Shown: positions 1 through 10,859, numbered from the whole stretch's first letter. The stretch is 63,898 nucleotides of DNA, filler included, from Salisapilia sapeloensis CBS 127946 (GCA_023334545.1; 15 parts of 15 records of this genome joined end to end with filler, not necessarily neighbours in it); one strand, 5' to 3'. Notes: a model not told the origin generated them from the letters alone. Program-made: numbers and translations.

Positions 1-1267
1 CGTGTCTTGAGTTTGTTTGTTTGGTCTGTACAGATGTTGCGTAAAGGCATACTGAAACCAAGTGCAGGGTTTATTTGTTGAGTCGGGGTATCTTTAGCCG
101 ACACTCTCGACAAACAAGTACCGGCTGAGTTTCCATGTCGAATTGCTGCTTTCACGTTTAGAGCTTGATGAACGCTCTTGTACTTTAGATGGGCTGTTTG
201 GTAGTTGAGAGATCTTGTGTGCTCGTACGCTTGTGGACGAAATGTAGGATACTAAAATTTTTGCCTCATTTTGCCATTGTCATCGATCTCTGCAGTGCTA
301 CCTCCACGAAATATTCATCTACAGATAAAATTTGTCTAGTTCTGCGCGACCATGCGCGTATACGTTGATTAACCATAATGTGGTAGGTGTTCATTTATTC
401 ATAACTTGGAAAGTCTAAACTGTTTCCCATATCAAAGGTGCGTCTGTCGTTGATCCTCGTTTAACTGTGAATCCTCAAGTTTTAAGACTCATAATCCGAT
501 CGATAAGCCTCCGCTTCTCGTTCTGAGCTCAGTGTGTAGATGATATCATCGGGTTTACCATAGTGCTATCATCGAGGAAACCAATCTGCTGAATAAAAAG
601 AGTTTGTAGACGCTTTAGAAATAATGCTGAAGTAGTGATAGAGGTTAAAGACTAAGACCAACAAAGCGCAAGCGGTTCAAAATTAGCATTGTGCACGCTT
701 TAAGCACATGAAGTGCGAAGGTATGGACCAGCAAGCGTAGTTTTATTGTATTCAAAACTTGGAACGTCTTGACTGCTACTTCTAAAAGAGCAACTTTCTT
801 TCTAATGCTATCAACCTATGGGTCCAAACGCACTTACACAAACACTAGTAAAAATGGTTGGGAACGACAGTGGTATGAAGGACAAATCCTGAAACTTTTG
901 CACATCCTTCGCAGTCCTCGGCTCGCATGTGCTTATAAGCTGTGATTCTACAAATACTTGTCCGTTAGTGTCAGTTGCATTGCTCCCAGCACATCTCTAG
1001 TATCCACATTCACCTGTTTAGAAGCCACTGATATCCTTAATTATAAGATCATTCTAAAACCTTTCAACGTAAGAAGTACTTTGCAATGGTTACTTGGCTG
1101 AACACCTCTTAATTTGTAAGACTATGACTGCGTATCTATTCAAACGTAGCTAAAGACACGGTCCAGTAAGCATGGGTAATCATTCATGACAACGCTATAC
1201 AAATATAATAGATGAACTACAGCAAGTACGCTTTACAAAAGTGATCATTGTGATAGGATGTTAGAAG

Positions 1268-3136
1268 CTAAAAGCTCGGAACCTCTCGCTCGTCGGCCCA
1301 TGCATGCTTGGGGTTGCTCCACACCTCGACGTTGTCGAACACGGCGTTTCCAGACGAGATGAGCGCAATGCCATCGGATGCAGTCTGGCTTTCACATGGG
1401 TAGATACGCGCGGACAGCGCGAAGCGGTCATTGACAAAGACTTCGACACTGGAAACGTCCACAAAGACGCGCAATCGGAGGGTCTCGCGTGTAGTGTCGC
1501 ACATCGTCGCGTCCTCGGCGCTGTTGAACTGATCGTAGAGATAGAAGTAGCTCCAGACATCCTCCGTGACAGGCTCGACATCATACGTCGTGAACGGCGC
1601 ACAATCTGCGGACGAAGCGTTCGATCGGTCGATGATGACCTTCTTCTCCTCGTCATCGTACACGATGGTGGTCACTTCATCTCCTGCCGTACTACGACGC
1701 ACCTGCACACCGACGCGGGATCCGCGATCAAACTCGGAAATTTCTGCAGCTAGCTCGAAAGCTTTGCCAGTGGTGTTGAGCGGCACAACATCATCAGCGC
1801 CAACGTGGACTGAAGAAAGCTTTTCGTGCTTGTCGCCGCGCAGGTTTTCGAGGTTCGACAACGGCTTGAAACCCATCGTCTTGATGGTCTTGGCCGTTTT
1901 TGTGGTGCCGTCGGGGCACGTGACATCCGACTCGTCCGACACGATCCAATCACCAGCAGCGTCCAGGCGAGCTTCCGGGTCGTGAATGTTACGCACAATG
2001 GCGATGCTAACCTCCCGCGGCACACTGAGCATACCAGACCAGCCTTGGGGGTTGACACCGTCAAAGCCGTTCTCCTCGGTGATCCAGCCAATGAGCACGT
2101 CTTTCCCGTCCTTGTCTTGGTAGATGCTGTTGGCGTACCAAACGCTTCGGTCCGTGACACCGACCATACGAGGCTGGAAGAGTCCTTTCGCTGACGTTGC
2201 CGTGATTGGGAAGGAAGCTTCGTGACCGATGTCACCGACGGCCCACATCGGGTACCGGTTCGGATCGCCTTCGGCGGCAAACATCATTGCGTTGTGCTTG
2301 ACACCCTCTTCATCCGTCATCTCGTGGTAGATCGTCGTTTCAAAGTTGAATCCCCAGCTGCCGCTGTAGGGCGAGAAGGTCGTGTTCTTCTCTTGCGCGA
2401 GCAAATAGTCCTTGAACTTCCAGTCGACGTAGTTGTCCGAGTGGTAGAGGAAGATGCGTGGGCCGACACCATGGACGCCACCTGCCACTAGCATGTAGTT
2501 GCTCGTGCCTTCCGTTGCATTTACGATACCGTAGTGCTCGTCAAGCGAAGTGGATTGGAAGACATTCGGGTCACGCCAACCAGTAACATTCAGTCCCTCT
2601 GGCGGCAGCTCCACGAGTGGCTTATCTCCTTTCTGCCACGTCTTGCCTTGGTCTTCCGTCGTGGCGTACACAACATGCTCGCCGAAGAGGTACTCTTTCT
2701 TCCACGAGATCGGCAGTGCCGTGACACCAGTGTAGAATACCGTGTGCTTGCCTTCAATCGCGTTGGCGTGGGCAAAGCCGGAGAAGACACCTAGGTAATC
2801 CCACTTGTCTTCGAACGGTAGCAACGCGTCCGGGTAGTCCGACCACGTGACCTGGTCTTCTGACACGGCGTGACCCCACGTCATGTTGCCCCACTCAGTC
2901 GCGTTCGGGTTGGATTGATAGAACATGTGATACAGGCTATCTTCTTCATCGTAGTAGGGGGCGCAAGGGTCATTCATCCAGTTCTTGCGTGCCAAGAAGT
3001 GATATACAGGACGATGCTTGTCAAATTCGGCGTCACCAGGCTTGGCAGGGACGACGGTCTGGTCAGTCGTCTGCGCAGAAGTCATCGTCGAGAGTGCCAT
3101 GCCAGCCAGCAGAGCTGCGTTCAGAAAAACTTTCAT
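1268..3136 (-). CDS. Secreted glycoside hydrolase family 32 (invertase/beta-fructofuranosidase)
   Basis: Intronless 622-aa ORF with signal peptide, WMNDP nucleophile motif, WGHAVS, WRDP, acid/base Glu in FNFET, and C-terminal beta-sandwich motif SSVEVF. Confidence 0.95.
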   Translation of the reverse strand: MKVFLNAALLAGMALSTMTSAQTTDQTVVPAKPGDAEFDKHRPVYHFLARKNWMNDPCAPYYDEEDSLYHMFYQSNPNATEWGNMTWGHAVSEDQVTWSDYPDALLPFEDKWDYLGVFSGFAHANAIEGKHTVFYTGVTALPISWKKEYLFGEHVVYATTEDQGKTWQKGDKPLVELPPEGLNVTGWRDPNVFQSTSLDEHYGIVNATEGTSNYMLVAGGVHGVGPRIFLYHSDNYVDWKFKDYLLAQEKNTTFSPYSGSWGFNFETTIYHEMTDEEGVKHNAMMFAAEGDPNRYPMWAVGDIGHEASFPITATSAKGLFQPRMVGVTDRSVWYANSIYQDKDGKDVLIGWITEENGFDGVNPQGWSGMLSVPREVSIAIVRNIHDPEARLDAAGDWIVSDESDVTCPDGTTKTAKTIKTMGFKPLSNLENLRGDKHEKLSSVHVGADDVVPLNTTGKAFELAAEISEFDRGSRVGVQVRRSTAGDEVTTIVYDDEEKKVIIDRSNASSADCAPFTTYDVEPVTEDVWSYFYLYDQFNSAEDATMCDTTRETLRLRVFVDVSSVEVFVNDRFALSARIYPCESQTASDGIALISSGNAVFDNVEVWSNPKHAWADEREVPSF

Positions 3137-3765
3137 CTTGTGTGGACAGCGTGTGGGGTGTCGAGCTGTTCTCGAAATGAAGTGTTCGGAGCTGTGGTCA
3201 TGAACCGATCGCTGTGGATGCGCAAGTTGAAGATGTCGCGGATATGCGGTAGATTTTATGGAGGATGACAGGTGAGTCGCATCCCTACAGCCAGTCCGGT
3301 TCAGTTTTGACCATTTGAAACGTCACGAGGAGCAATATTCCCATGTGGCGCTGCTTGGGCAAAACTGAAGTATGCTCGTCTGAAGACTATTTAGCTAGTT
3401 TAATTAATAAGCATCACAGAGCGCATGCAGAATAGGCGATGCCGGTTGTTTATAGTCTAGATGCCTTAGGAAGGAAGCATAAAGCACTACGATCTCTGCT
3501 ACGATGCATCCGGAAACCTTTTCCAGCTGGTCCCCAACTTCAAGCAGAAGAGGATCAACATCAGTTGTCCGCAACCCTGTATTCGCTTTTTTTTGCTGGT
3601 AATGACGTATCTTCAATGCGAGATATTGGTCTTTCTGACAAGAGGTCACTGTTCATGATTGCCTGATGATACGCGTGCTGATACGTTTTCGTAAACCTCT
3701 CGTAGATATCCACGAGCAAAGAGCATATCCGTGATCGTTTAAGAAGGATGGAGGCATTTCCCAAG

Positions 3766-3865
3766 NNNNNNNNNNNNNNNNNNNNNNNNNNNNNNNNNNN
3801 NNNNNNNNNTTAATTAATTAANNNNNNNNNNNNNNNNNNNNNNNNNNNNNNNNNNNNNNNNNNNN
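3766..3865. other. Artificial contig linker (first of 14)
   Basis: N44-TTAATTAATTAA-N44, stops in all six frames. Others start at 7041, 33577, 37711, 40536, 42735, 45771, 47332, 50109, 51412, 54234, 55819, 61075, 62265. Confidence 0.98.
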
Positions 3866-3871
3866 GAAGGA

Positions 3872-3887
3872 TCATTTTCGAATTTGC
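3872..3887 (+). promoter_or_regulatory. Oomycete INR/FPR-like core promoter of LEA-like gene 1
   Basis: TCATTTTCGAATTTGC about 40 nt upstream of the ATG at 3927. Confidence 0.6.
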
Positions 3888-3926
3888 TACGAGCACCACA
3901 AGAAACCCAAACCAACTTACCTGAAG

Positions 3927-4610
3927 ATGAGCAACACCAACGACAACTCGACCCAACCATCCATGGCGGAACGTGCCAAGGTTGCTGTGAACGACATGAA
4001 GGAATCCGCGACGAGCGGAAGCAATAATCACGTCGAACCGACCGCAACGGAAAAATTGAAGGTCAAAGCACAAGACGCCAAGGAGCAAGTGACCGAGACT
4101 TTCCGTCAACAGCAAGAGCGTCAACAAGCGCGTGAAGTTGAACGTGAGCAGAAGCCTCCACTTTCAGAGCGCCTGACGGAGAAAGCCAAGGAGCTGAATG
4201 ATAAGGCGACGCCAACGGCATCGGAAAAGGCCAAAGTGAAGGCAAATGACGTTAAGAATGGAAACACGGTGCATGAATCTCACCAGCCTTCTGTCGAGGA
4301 ACGAGTGATGGAAAAGGTCGATGACTTTTCCAAGAAGATGGAGCCAACGGCGACGGAGAAGGCCAAGGTCAAGGCACATGACACGATGCAAGGCAATGAT
4401 AATGCTCCAGCCACGGAGAAGGTCAAGGACAAGGTGGAGCCATCCACAACGGAGCGCGCCAAGGTGGAAGTGAATGACGCGGCCAAGTCGAACCAGGATG
4501 AGTCTATCCTCGGCACTATCGGCCAGAAAGCAGCTGAGTTGAAGGACTGGGCGATGGGCACCAACCAGACGACCAGTACACAGCAAAGCAATGCCCAGCA
4601 TGGCAACTAG
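3927..4610 (+). CDS. LEA-like hydrophilic repeat protein 1
   Basis: 227 aa, K/E/A/T-rich, no Cys, repeated PTATEKAKVKA-x-D units, C-terminal GTIGQKAAELKDWAMGTNQTT. Confidence 0.75.
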   Translation: MSNTNDNSTQPSMAERAKVAVNDMKESATSGSNNHVEPTATEKLKVKAQDAKEQVTETFRQQQERQQAREVEREQKPPLSERLTEKAKELNDKATPTASEKAKVKANDVKNGNTVHESHQPSVEERVMEKVDDFSKKMEPTATEKAKVKAHDTMQGNDNAPATEKVKDKVEPSTTERAKVEVNDAAKSNQDESILGTIGQKAAELKDWAMGTNQTTSTQQSNAQHGN

Positions 4611-5302
4611 TCTTCTGTACCATTAAGTTACACTACCTCATGATCAACATCATTCGATCAGTCTCCATTATATGCAATACAGCCACTTTTTAAACACACA
4701 CCGCTCTCTTGTACATGTATTTCTACCTTTATTCCATTGTATATGCTCTGGGTTACTAGTAATCGTAAATGTGGGTTGCAATACGGAAGAAGAAATAACA
4801 AGTAAAGTTCTTTGGTCTGTCAAGATGGAAATTGACGATACGCATTAGTGGAGAAAGCGAAAGAGATGAGGTTATCGTCGACAGCAGTGGAATTGTCTAC
4901 TATGCTATGCTCCCCTAAGCCATGCAGCAACTCTACCAAGACTGGTAACTTAGGTGTGAATTTGGAGCTTTCCTATAGGGGTTAGTGCGCTGGTCTGGAG
5001 TTGGATGGGATAAGAGATTTGAATGCATGGGGTATTGGCTTCCAACTTCGCCTTTGTCATCCCCAGCTGCATCCGTCGGAACAAACACACATGTAGATGA
5101 AACAGACAGACGAGTATCACATCTTGCGGACTATTTCATTTAGTAAAATGAGAAAATATCTCCGAAAATAAATGAAAGATGGAGAGTGAAAGAGTGGTAA
5201 GCGTTCTGTATTGAGTACTATGTAGTCAAAGCAATGCCGCACATACTGTCGATCGATGATGAGTAAATAAAGAAAATGGCTCGATAGATCTCTTCGAGGT
5301 GC

Positions 5303-5992
5303 CTAGTTGGTTTGTTCGACAGGACGCTCCTGTTGGACCGTCGTGTCCGTCGTCTGGTTCGTACCCATTGCCCAGTCCTTCATCTCCGTCGCCTTCTGGC
5401 CGATCGTGCCCATGAGCGTTTCTTCCTGGTTGTTGTTTTGCGTCAATTCGTCTTTCTTGTCTTGACCCTTAACCTTCATCTTCTCAGTGGCGGTCGGTGC
5501 GTATGGGTTGCGAGTATTGGGCGCAACTTCGTTCTTGGCATCCTCAGCCGTGACCTTGGCACGCTCCGTCCACGTGGGCTGCATCGGGTTGTTGCTCTCA
5601 CCGGTCACCTCGCGCTTCTTATCGTCGGCCTCAACCTTGGCCTTCTCCGTCGCGGTCGGCGCGTACGGGTTGCGTGTGTTGGGTGCAACTTGGTTCTTGG
5701 CATCTTCGGCCTTGACCTTGGCGCGGTCCGTGGCGGAAGGCTGTGCGTTGTCCTTGGTCTCGTGCATCTTTTCACGAGCTTGCTCCGTCATGGTTGGACC
5801 ATTGTTGTGGGTGCGGTCCGACTGCATCTGCTTCATGTTATCGTCCGCCCTGACCTTGGCCTCCTCCCTGGCCGTCGGCTGCGTCGCGCCACTGGACGTC
5901 GACTTCTCGCCCTTAAGCTTTTCCTTCATGTGTTCCTTCTTAACCTTCATGCGTTCCTTCATGGAGGGCTTAGCGGCGTTGTCGTTGTTCAT
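5303..5992 (-). CDS. LEA-like hydrophilic repeat protein 2 (convergent paralog of 3927-4610)
   Basis: 229 aa, repeats PTATEKAKVEADD and TRNPYAPTATEK, C-terminal GTIGQKATEMKDWAMGTNQTT. Confidence 0.75.
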   Translation of the reverse strand: MNNDNAAKPSMKERMKVKKEHMKEKLKGEKSTSSGATQPTAREEAKVRADDNMKQMQSDRTHNNGPTMTEQAREKMHETKDNAQPSATDRAKVKAEDAKNQVAPNTRNPYAPTATEKAKVEADDKKREVTGESNNPMQPTWTERAKVTAEDAKNEVAPNTRNPYAPTATEKMKVKGQDKKDELTQNNNQEETLMGTIGQKATEMKDWAMGTNQTTDTTVQQERPVEQTN

Positions 5993-6035
5993 CTTGAGTC
6001 GAAAGAGTTGTTGTAGTTAGCTTGTGTGGTTCGAA

Positions 6036-6051
6036 GCTAATTCGAAAATGA
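6036..6051 (-). promoter_or_regulatory. INR/FPR-like core promoter of LEA-like gene 2
   Basis: TCATTTTCGAATTAGC on the minus strand about 45 nt upstream of the ATG; 15/16 identical to the LEA1 element. Confidence 0.6.
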
Positions 6052-6959
6052 AGTCTTCTTCAGGTCGGATCGGAGCTTCCGAAGCAGTCGGAAGATGCAG
6101 AAAGGTTGAAGTGCAGGAGGTCGTATCTCTTCGGTCGATTTTCATATCCAGTAGCTTGGATGCATCCGATCTTTTGTGGTACTTGAATTTTTAAAAGTCG
6201 TTTCTTGGATTTTTAAGTCGGCGGCATGGGAAGGCACCCATTAACTGTTCGAAGGCATAGTACCGGCGGGGAAGAAGCGAAGAGAAGCTTGTTGTATCTT
6301 TTTTAGGAAGTAGCCATGTTGAAGTGTTGAAATGGAAACTGAAGAGACGTGTATGTAGATGGAACTACTACGCTTGGTGTCTTCAAGGCTGATGTAGTTA
6401 AAGCATTGGATGTGAACTGAAGATTACGATCTTATGTGTGGGGATAGAATGATCGTTTCTATAAGAGAATGACGAACTCGATGATTTGTGATGGGAAGGC
6501 TTGTACATGGAAGGCTCTCTTCAAGAAATTGATGCAGGCCCGACGGTATTACAATGACGTGATGCAATTTCTCGAGCGTGGCGATAGGAAGCGAATTTCA
6601 GGAGTACTTGAAATCTGGATTTAATCTCAAACAGAAAAAGTAATGATCTTTCAAAAGCGCTTCAAGCATGGCCATTGCTTACAATGAGAAAGCGTCTTTC
6701 GTTCGTCCACCTCCATCCATCTTGATCGATGCGTTGGGGTCAGAAATGTCTTTGTCAAGTCGAATCTACGCACTCGCAGGCCGTTCCAAAGAGTTGGCAT
6801 ATTCCGACCGTCTATCCTGGAAATGCCTCGGACATTGCTTCGACAATTCCAAGCAACATCCTAGACTTCTTCCAGCCTGCCCGCACTCCAGCCCACTCGG
6901 TCAGCAATTTGCTCATCCAAACTCAAGACAGCCTCTCCATCCCAAGTTACCACAAGACA

Positions 6960-7040
6960 ATGAAGGTTTCCACGATCATGACCCTCGGACTTGCCGCCTT
7001 CGTACTCGCGATCACGCCAATTGCTGCCGACGGTGCCAAC
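6960..7040 (+). CDS. 5' fragment of a secreted/membrane protein, truncated at contig end
   Basis: MKVSTIMTLGLAAFVLAITPIAADGAN reads as a signal peptide running into the linker. Confidence 0.5.
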
Positions 7041-7140
7041 NNNNNNNNNNNNNNNNNNNNNNNNNNNNNNNNNNNNNNNNNNNNTTAATTAATTAANNNN
7101 NNNNNNNNNNNNNNNNNNNNNNNNNNNNNNNNNNNNNNNN

Positions 7141-7333
7141 AGTTACGATGCACATCAAGATGAGTGGAGACTGGACGAATCGTCTTGGTAACCTTGTGGA
7201 CGATAACGATTCGCTCACTCCGTTCAAGATGCTGGTGGATGGACCGTACGGAAGTCCGATGACGGATTGGAACAACCGCGATAGCTATACCCATGCGTTT
7301 GCTATCCATGCCTTGACGAGGTTATCTACCTAG
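7141..7333 (+). pseudogene. Ferric reductase/NOX-like FAD-NADPH domain fragment
   Basis: HIKMSGDWTNRL...LVDGPYGSP motif; the expected following GGIG motif is absent and a stop follows. Confidence 0.5.
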
Positions 7334-7396
7334 TGAATACTGTTGCGAAGTGGGCAACACAAATGATGAAATTGAAATAGAACGTTACGCTTTTAT

Positions 7397-9310
7397 TTAG
7401 TTGTGACGTCGGAGGTTCAAGACTAGGCCGAGGAAACCAGCGACACGGAAACCAATGTTCAGCGCGAGTAGGAGCAGACAGTTCTCTAAGACCGTTCGGG
7501 CTGTCATACTGTAGTTCTCTAGAACCTGTTCACCTGTCGTGGCAATGCAGTTCTCGCCCGAAGCACACGGAATGGAGTCCACCTTTTCCCAGTAGATATT
7601 CATCATCGCTTCGAACCCATACTTGATCGGCGACAGGTACTGGATCCAGATAAAGTAGACTGGTGCATCGTCAGAATTTAAAAACAGTCCGCCAAAGATG
7701 AGAAAAGGGAGGATGATCATGATGCCGACGACCGGCACAATCTCAACGCGTCGCACGAGGCAACCGACCATAAGTCCAAGTGCAGCAGCAGTACTGTTGA
7801 TAAGCATTGTAATAAGCAAGAGGCAGAAGTACACCGATGCACCATGTCCAATGCCGATCAAAAAGTAGAGAGGAGTAAAGTAGACGATCGGGACAAGCAG
7901 CTGCATCGGCATCTCACTCAAGTTCTTCGCCACATACCACGCTGCTAATCGATAGAGTCCTGACCCGTACTCACGATCGATGATCGGGATCTCCATTGGC
8001 ACGGTCACAAATGCAGGATTCGCTGTCATAAATGTCTGATTCACCACGATGAAGAAGAGAGCGCCGGAAAAGTTTTGGATCCCAGTCTGGTCGATTTTCA
8101 ACTGTAGGTAGATGAGCCCGATAATCAACGCGACGATGATGCTTTGGACGAAAACGACCCTGAATGCCATTTGGTCTCGCACGAGACGCACCATATTTCG
8201 TTTAGCTAAGACAAGCATTTCAGAGAATGGATTGAGCCGGGTGTCTTTACAGTCATCTTCATTGGCAGTCTTGTCAAGCGCATGAGAGGATGTTGCACTA
8301 TCCTTCACACGCAAAGTCTCTCCGTTCCGCCACGACGACTTTAGCTTTTCCAGTCGCTCCATACCGCCCTTGTCCGTATCCTTGTCGACGACAGCAAGCT
8401 GCCGCATAAAGTAGTCCGAAGGGTTCGTGTAAGATGGACATTCATAGCCGATGGACGCAAAGTAGGGCACGGCCTTGCTTGCTTTCCCGTGGTACACAGT
8501 GCTTCCATCCGCTAGCAAGTATAGCTTGTCAAAGAGCGTATAAAGCTCTGAGGACGGCTGATGGATCGTTGCAATGACCGTTCGACCACCTCGAGCAATC
8601 TGCTGTAACTGCCACACGACCGTCTCCGCCATGAAGCTATCTAGGCCAGACGTAGGTTCGTCAACAAAGAGGATAGATGGATTTGTTAAAATCTCTGAAG
8701 CGAAGGATAGGCGCTTGCTTTCGCCACCAGAGATACCTCGAACGCTAGACCCGCCAATGAGCGTTTGACGACACTTGTTCAGTCCTAGCTCTTCCAAGAC
8801 AGTATCGACACGGTCTGTGTACTCTTTCACCGAGTAGTTGCGTCCCATACGTAGTCTGGCTTGGAACAGAAGATGCTCTCGCACCGTCAACGTCGGATAG
8901 AATAAATCATCCTGTTGGACATATGCACTCGCCCTTTGAAGTTTCTTAGACCATGGCGCTCCATTCAAAGTAATATTTCCCTGGACATTCTTGTTCTTGC
9001 CGGAAATGCAGTCCAAAAGCGAACTTTTGCCAGCTCCAGAAGGACCCATGAGCACAAGAAGTTCACCAGGTTTTGCATATCCGCTGACCCGATCCAGAAT
9101 CGTCTTTTGCTCCGTCTTTTTCGTCTGTGCATTCTTTGTAGTCACTTGGAGCGTCACATCATCCCATTTCAAAAGGAACTGCGGCACATTGTCTTTTGGC
9201 CTACTGTTCTTATGCTCAGGACTCTCAACTGGAACGAACGAGTAGTCTTGATTCGATGGCGATTCCATCATATCGACTGAAATATCTTTGTCTTGGGAAT
9301 ACGACGACAT
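7397..9310 (-). CDS. Half-size ABCG (White-type) transporter
   Basis: Walker A GPSGAGKS, signature ISGGE, Walker B ILFVDEPT, TIHQP, C-terminal multi-TM domain; likely start MSSYSQ at 9310. Confidence 0.95.
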   Translation of the reverse strand: MSSYSQDKDISVDMMESPSNQDYSFVPVESPEHKNSRPKDNVPQFLLKWDDVTLQVTTKNAQTKKTEQKTILDRVSGYAKPGELLVLMGPSGAGKSSLLDCISGKNKNVQGNITLNGAPWSKKLQRASAYVQQDDLFYPTLTVREHLLFQARLRMGRNYSVKEYTDRVDTVLEELGLNKCRQTLIGGSSVRGISGGESKRLSFASEILTNPSILFVDEPTSGLDSFMAETVVWQLQQIARGGRTVIATIHQPSSELYTLFDKLYLLADGSTVYHGKASKAVPYFASIGYECPSYTNPSDYFMRQLAVVDKDTDKGGMERLEKLKSSWRNGETLRVKDSATSSHALDKTANEDDCKDTRLNPFSEMLVLAKRNMVRLVRDQMAFRVVFVQSIIVALIIGLIYLQLKIDQTGIQNFSGALFFIVVNQTFMTANPAFVTVPMEIPIIDREYGSGLYRLAAWYVAKNLSEMPMQLLVPIVYFTPLYFLIGIGHGASVYFCLLLITMLINSTAAALGLMVGCLVRRVEIVPVVGIMIILPFLIFGGLFLNSDDAPVYFIWIQYLSPIKYGFEAMMNIYWEKVDSIPCASGENCIATTGEQVLENYSMTARTVLENCLLLLALNIGFRVAGFLGLVLNLRRHN

Positions 9311-9689
9311 AGTCCGTTTAGCTTCTTGTATCGAAAGTAGATGTGAGTCCGAGACGGTCTTTAGGAAAATGAAAAGAGCCAACCGGAACTTTATCACCTC
9401 TTGGAATGCTTGTAAAGAAGGGCGTAGTTCATGAGAAGTCGAAACTCCCATCGAATGGACTTCGTTATACTTCTAGCCTCCAAGTGTCCGCTGGCTAATA
9501 ACAGTGATTACGTTGTCTTCGCACGTGACTAGTTAGAATGACTGCATGCGATAGAGCATCCAAAGGATCTCAATTCTCTATTATCGTTTACCTCATCTAG
9601 ACAAAAGAAGAAGAGGTCTATCGTCATATAAAAAAAGATGTGGTAGGAAAAGGTGGACTTGATTGATTACTATGTTGACTATATCCTCT

Positions 9690-10205
9690 CTACGCAATCG
9701 GCACTTGGAGCACCGTGACATTCGTTCTTCCCGTCGAATCAGTCGGATCCATGTACGCATACTCTTCACGCGGCAGACCAATTATTTCGTATTTTTCTTC
9801 CACAATATGACGGTGCATGGCCTGATTCGCCTTGAACAGTCCATCGTAGCTCCCAAGATGCGTTAAGCAGACTGCTTTTACTATCGCTGGCCACTGCTTC
9901 ACAGTCATTCCTTCCGGCAGATCAGATGGAATAGAAGCTGTAGAAGTGATAGGCTGGCAGACAGCCACATCAACGTTTGTGGGTTTATATCCCTGGTCGA
10001 AATACGTCGCGAACGGTGGAGCAGCAGCGCGTTCAATATTGTGCTGTGTGTAAAAAGTATACATCTCCTTCCACAGCTGCCCTTGAGCAGGATAATTTTC
10101 AATGACACGGCGCAGACTTAGCACACGCATGGCAGGGATCGCCTTGATCGCAATGTGCGACTCAGTCTGATCATCAGATCCACCTTGAGATACTTGGTCA
10201 CTCAT
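9690..10205 (-). CDS. Stand-alone GyrI-like small-molecule-binding protein (MerR/BmrR effector-domain type)
   Basis: Intronless 171 aa: IKAIPAMRVLSLRRVI..YP.QGQLW, VDVAVCQPI, LTHLGSYDGL, IIGLPREEY. Confidence 0.85.
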   Translation of the reverse strand: MSDQVSQGGSDDQTESHIAIKAIPAMRVLSLRRVIENYPAQGQLWKEMYTFYTQHNIERAAAPPFATYFDQGYKPTNVDVAVCQPITSTASIPSDLPEGMTVKQWPAIVKAVCLTHLGSYDGLFKANQAMHRHIVEEKYEIIGLPREEYAYMDPTDSTGRTNVTVLQVPIA

Positions 10206-10460
10206 TCCTTACACTCTATAGAAAAAGCTGCACTACAAAGTCGATACTGTAAAGGATACAACTATCGATTATTTCTTAAAATAGCTAGCTGAAAAGAAGA
10301 TCTACAGCTCCTGCTTCGTGCAGATATCACTTGCGATCGATACACGTACCCAGACTCATCCGACTCTTCAAGATACATTATTCAACTCCTGTTAAATTTA
10401 AATTACTTGACTTTTGTATGTCCCACTTCTGTGGTCCTTGTCACTTTTTCCAGCATCAAA

Positions 10461-10859
10461 ATGGCAGCGTTCGGGAGTCAAGTAGTTCGGTCGATGGAAG
10501 CGTTCACACGCGCTTCCAAGCCGCAGCACATGTCCGGCCGTGCTCAGCGTGGTCTCTTTGCCGGCAAGGACAAGAAGTTTGGTAACAACATCTCGTTCTC
10601 GCACCGTAAGACTCGACGAGCTTGGAAAGTGAACCACCAGTGGAAGCGCTTGTACTCGGAAACGTTAGACGAGATGGTCGGTCTGAACGTTACGACCCAC
10701 ACACTTCGTTGCGTGGACAAGGCTGGCGGATTGGATAGCTACCTCCTTAGTCTGAAGAATGAATGGGACCTTGGTGTCAAAGGATTGAAAACACGCGATC
10801 GCATTGTCGCGGCCATGGAACAGGGAGCAGCAACCAAGCAAACTGGCGCACAGGCGTAA
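10461..10859 (+). CDS. MRPL28: Mitochondrial ribosomal protein bL28m
   Basis: RAQRGLFAGKDKKFGNNISFSHRKTRRAWKVN...TLRCVDKAGGLDSYLL; likely start MAAF at 10461. Confidence 0.9.
   Translation: MAAFGSQVVRSMEAFTRASKPQHMSGRAQRGLFAGKDKKFGNNISFSHRKTRRAWKVNHQWKRLYSETLDEMVGLNVTTHTLRCVDKAGGLDSYLLSLKNEWDLGVKGLKTRDRIVAAMEQGAATKQTGAQA

Noticed and set aside
6960-7333. Joining the signal-peptide ORF and the ferric-reductase fragment into one gene
   Set aside because: They lie on different contigs across an artificial linker, with no evidence of adjacency
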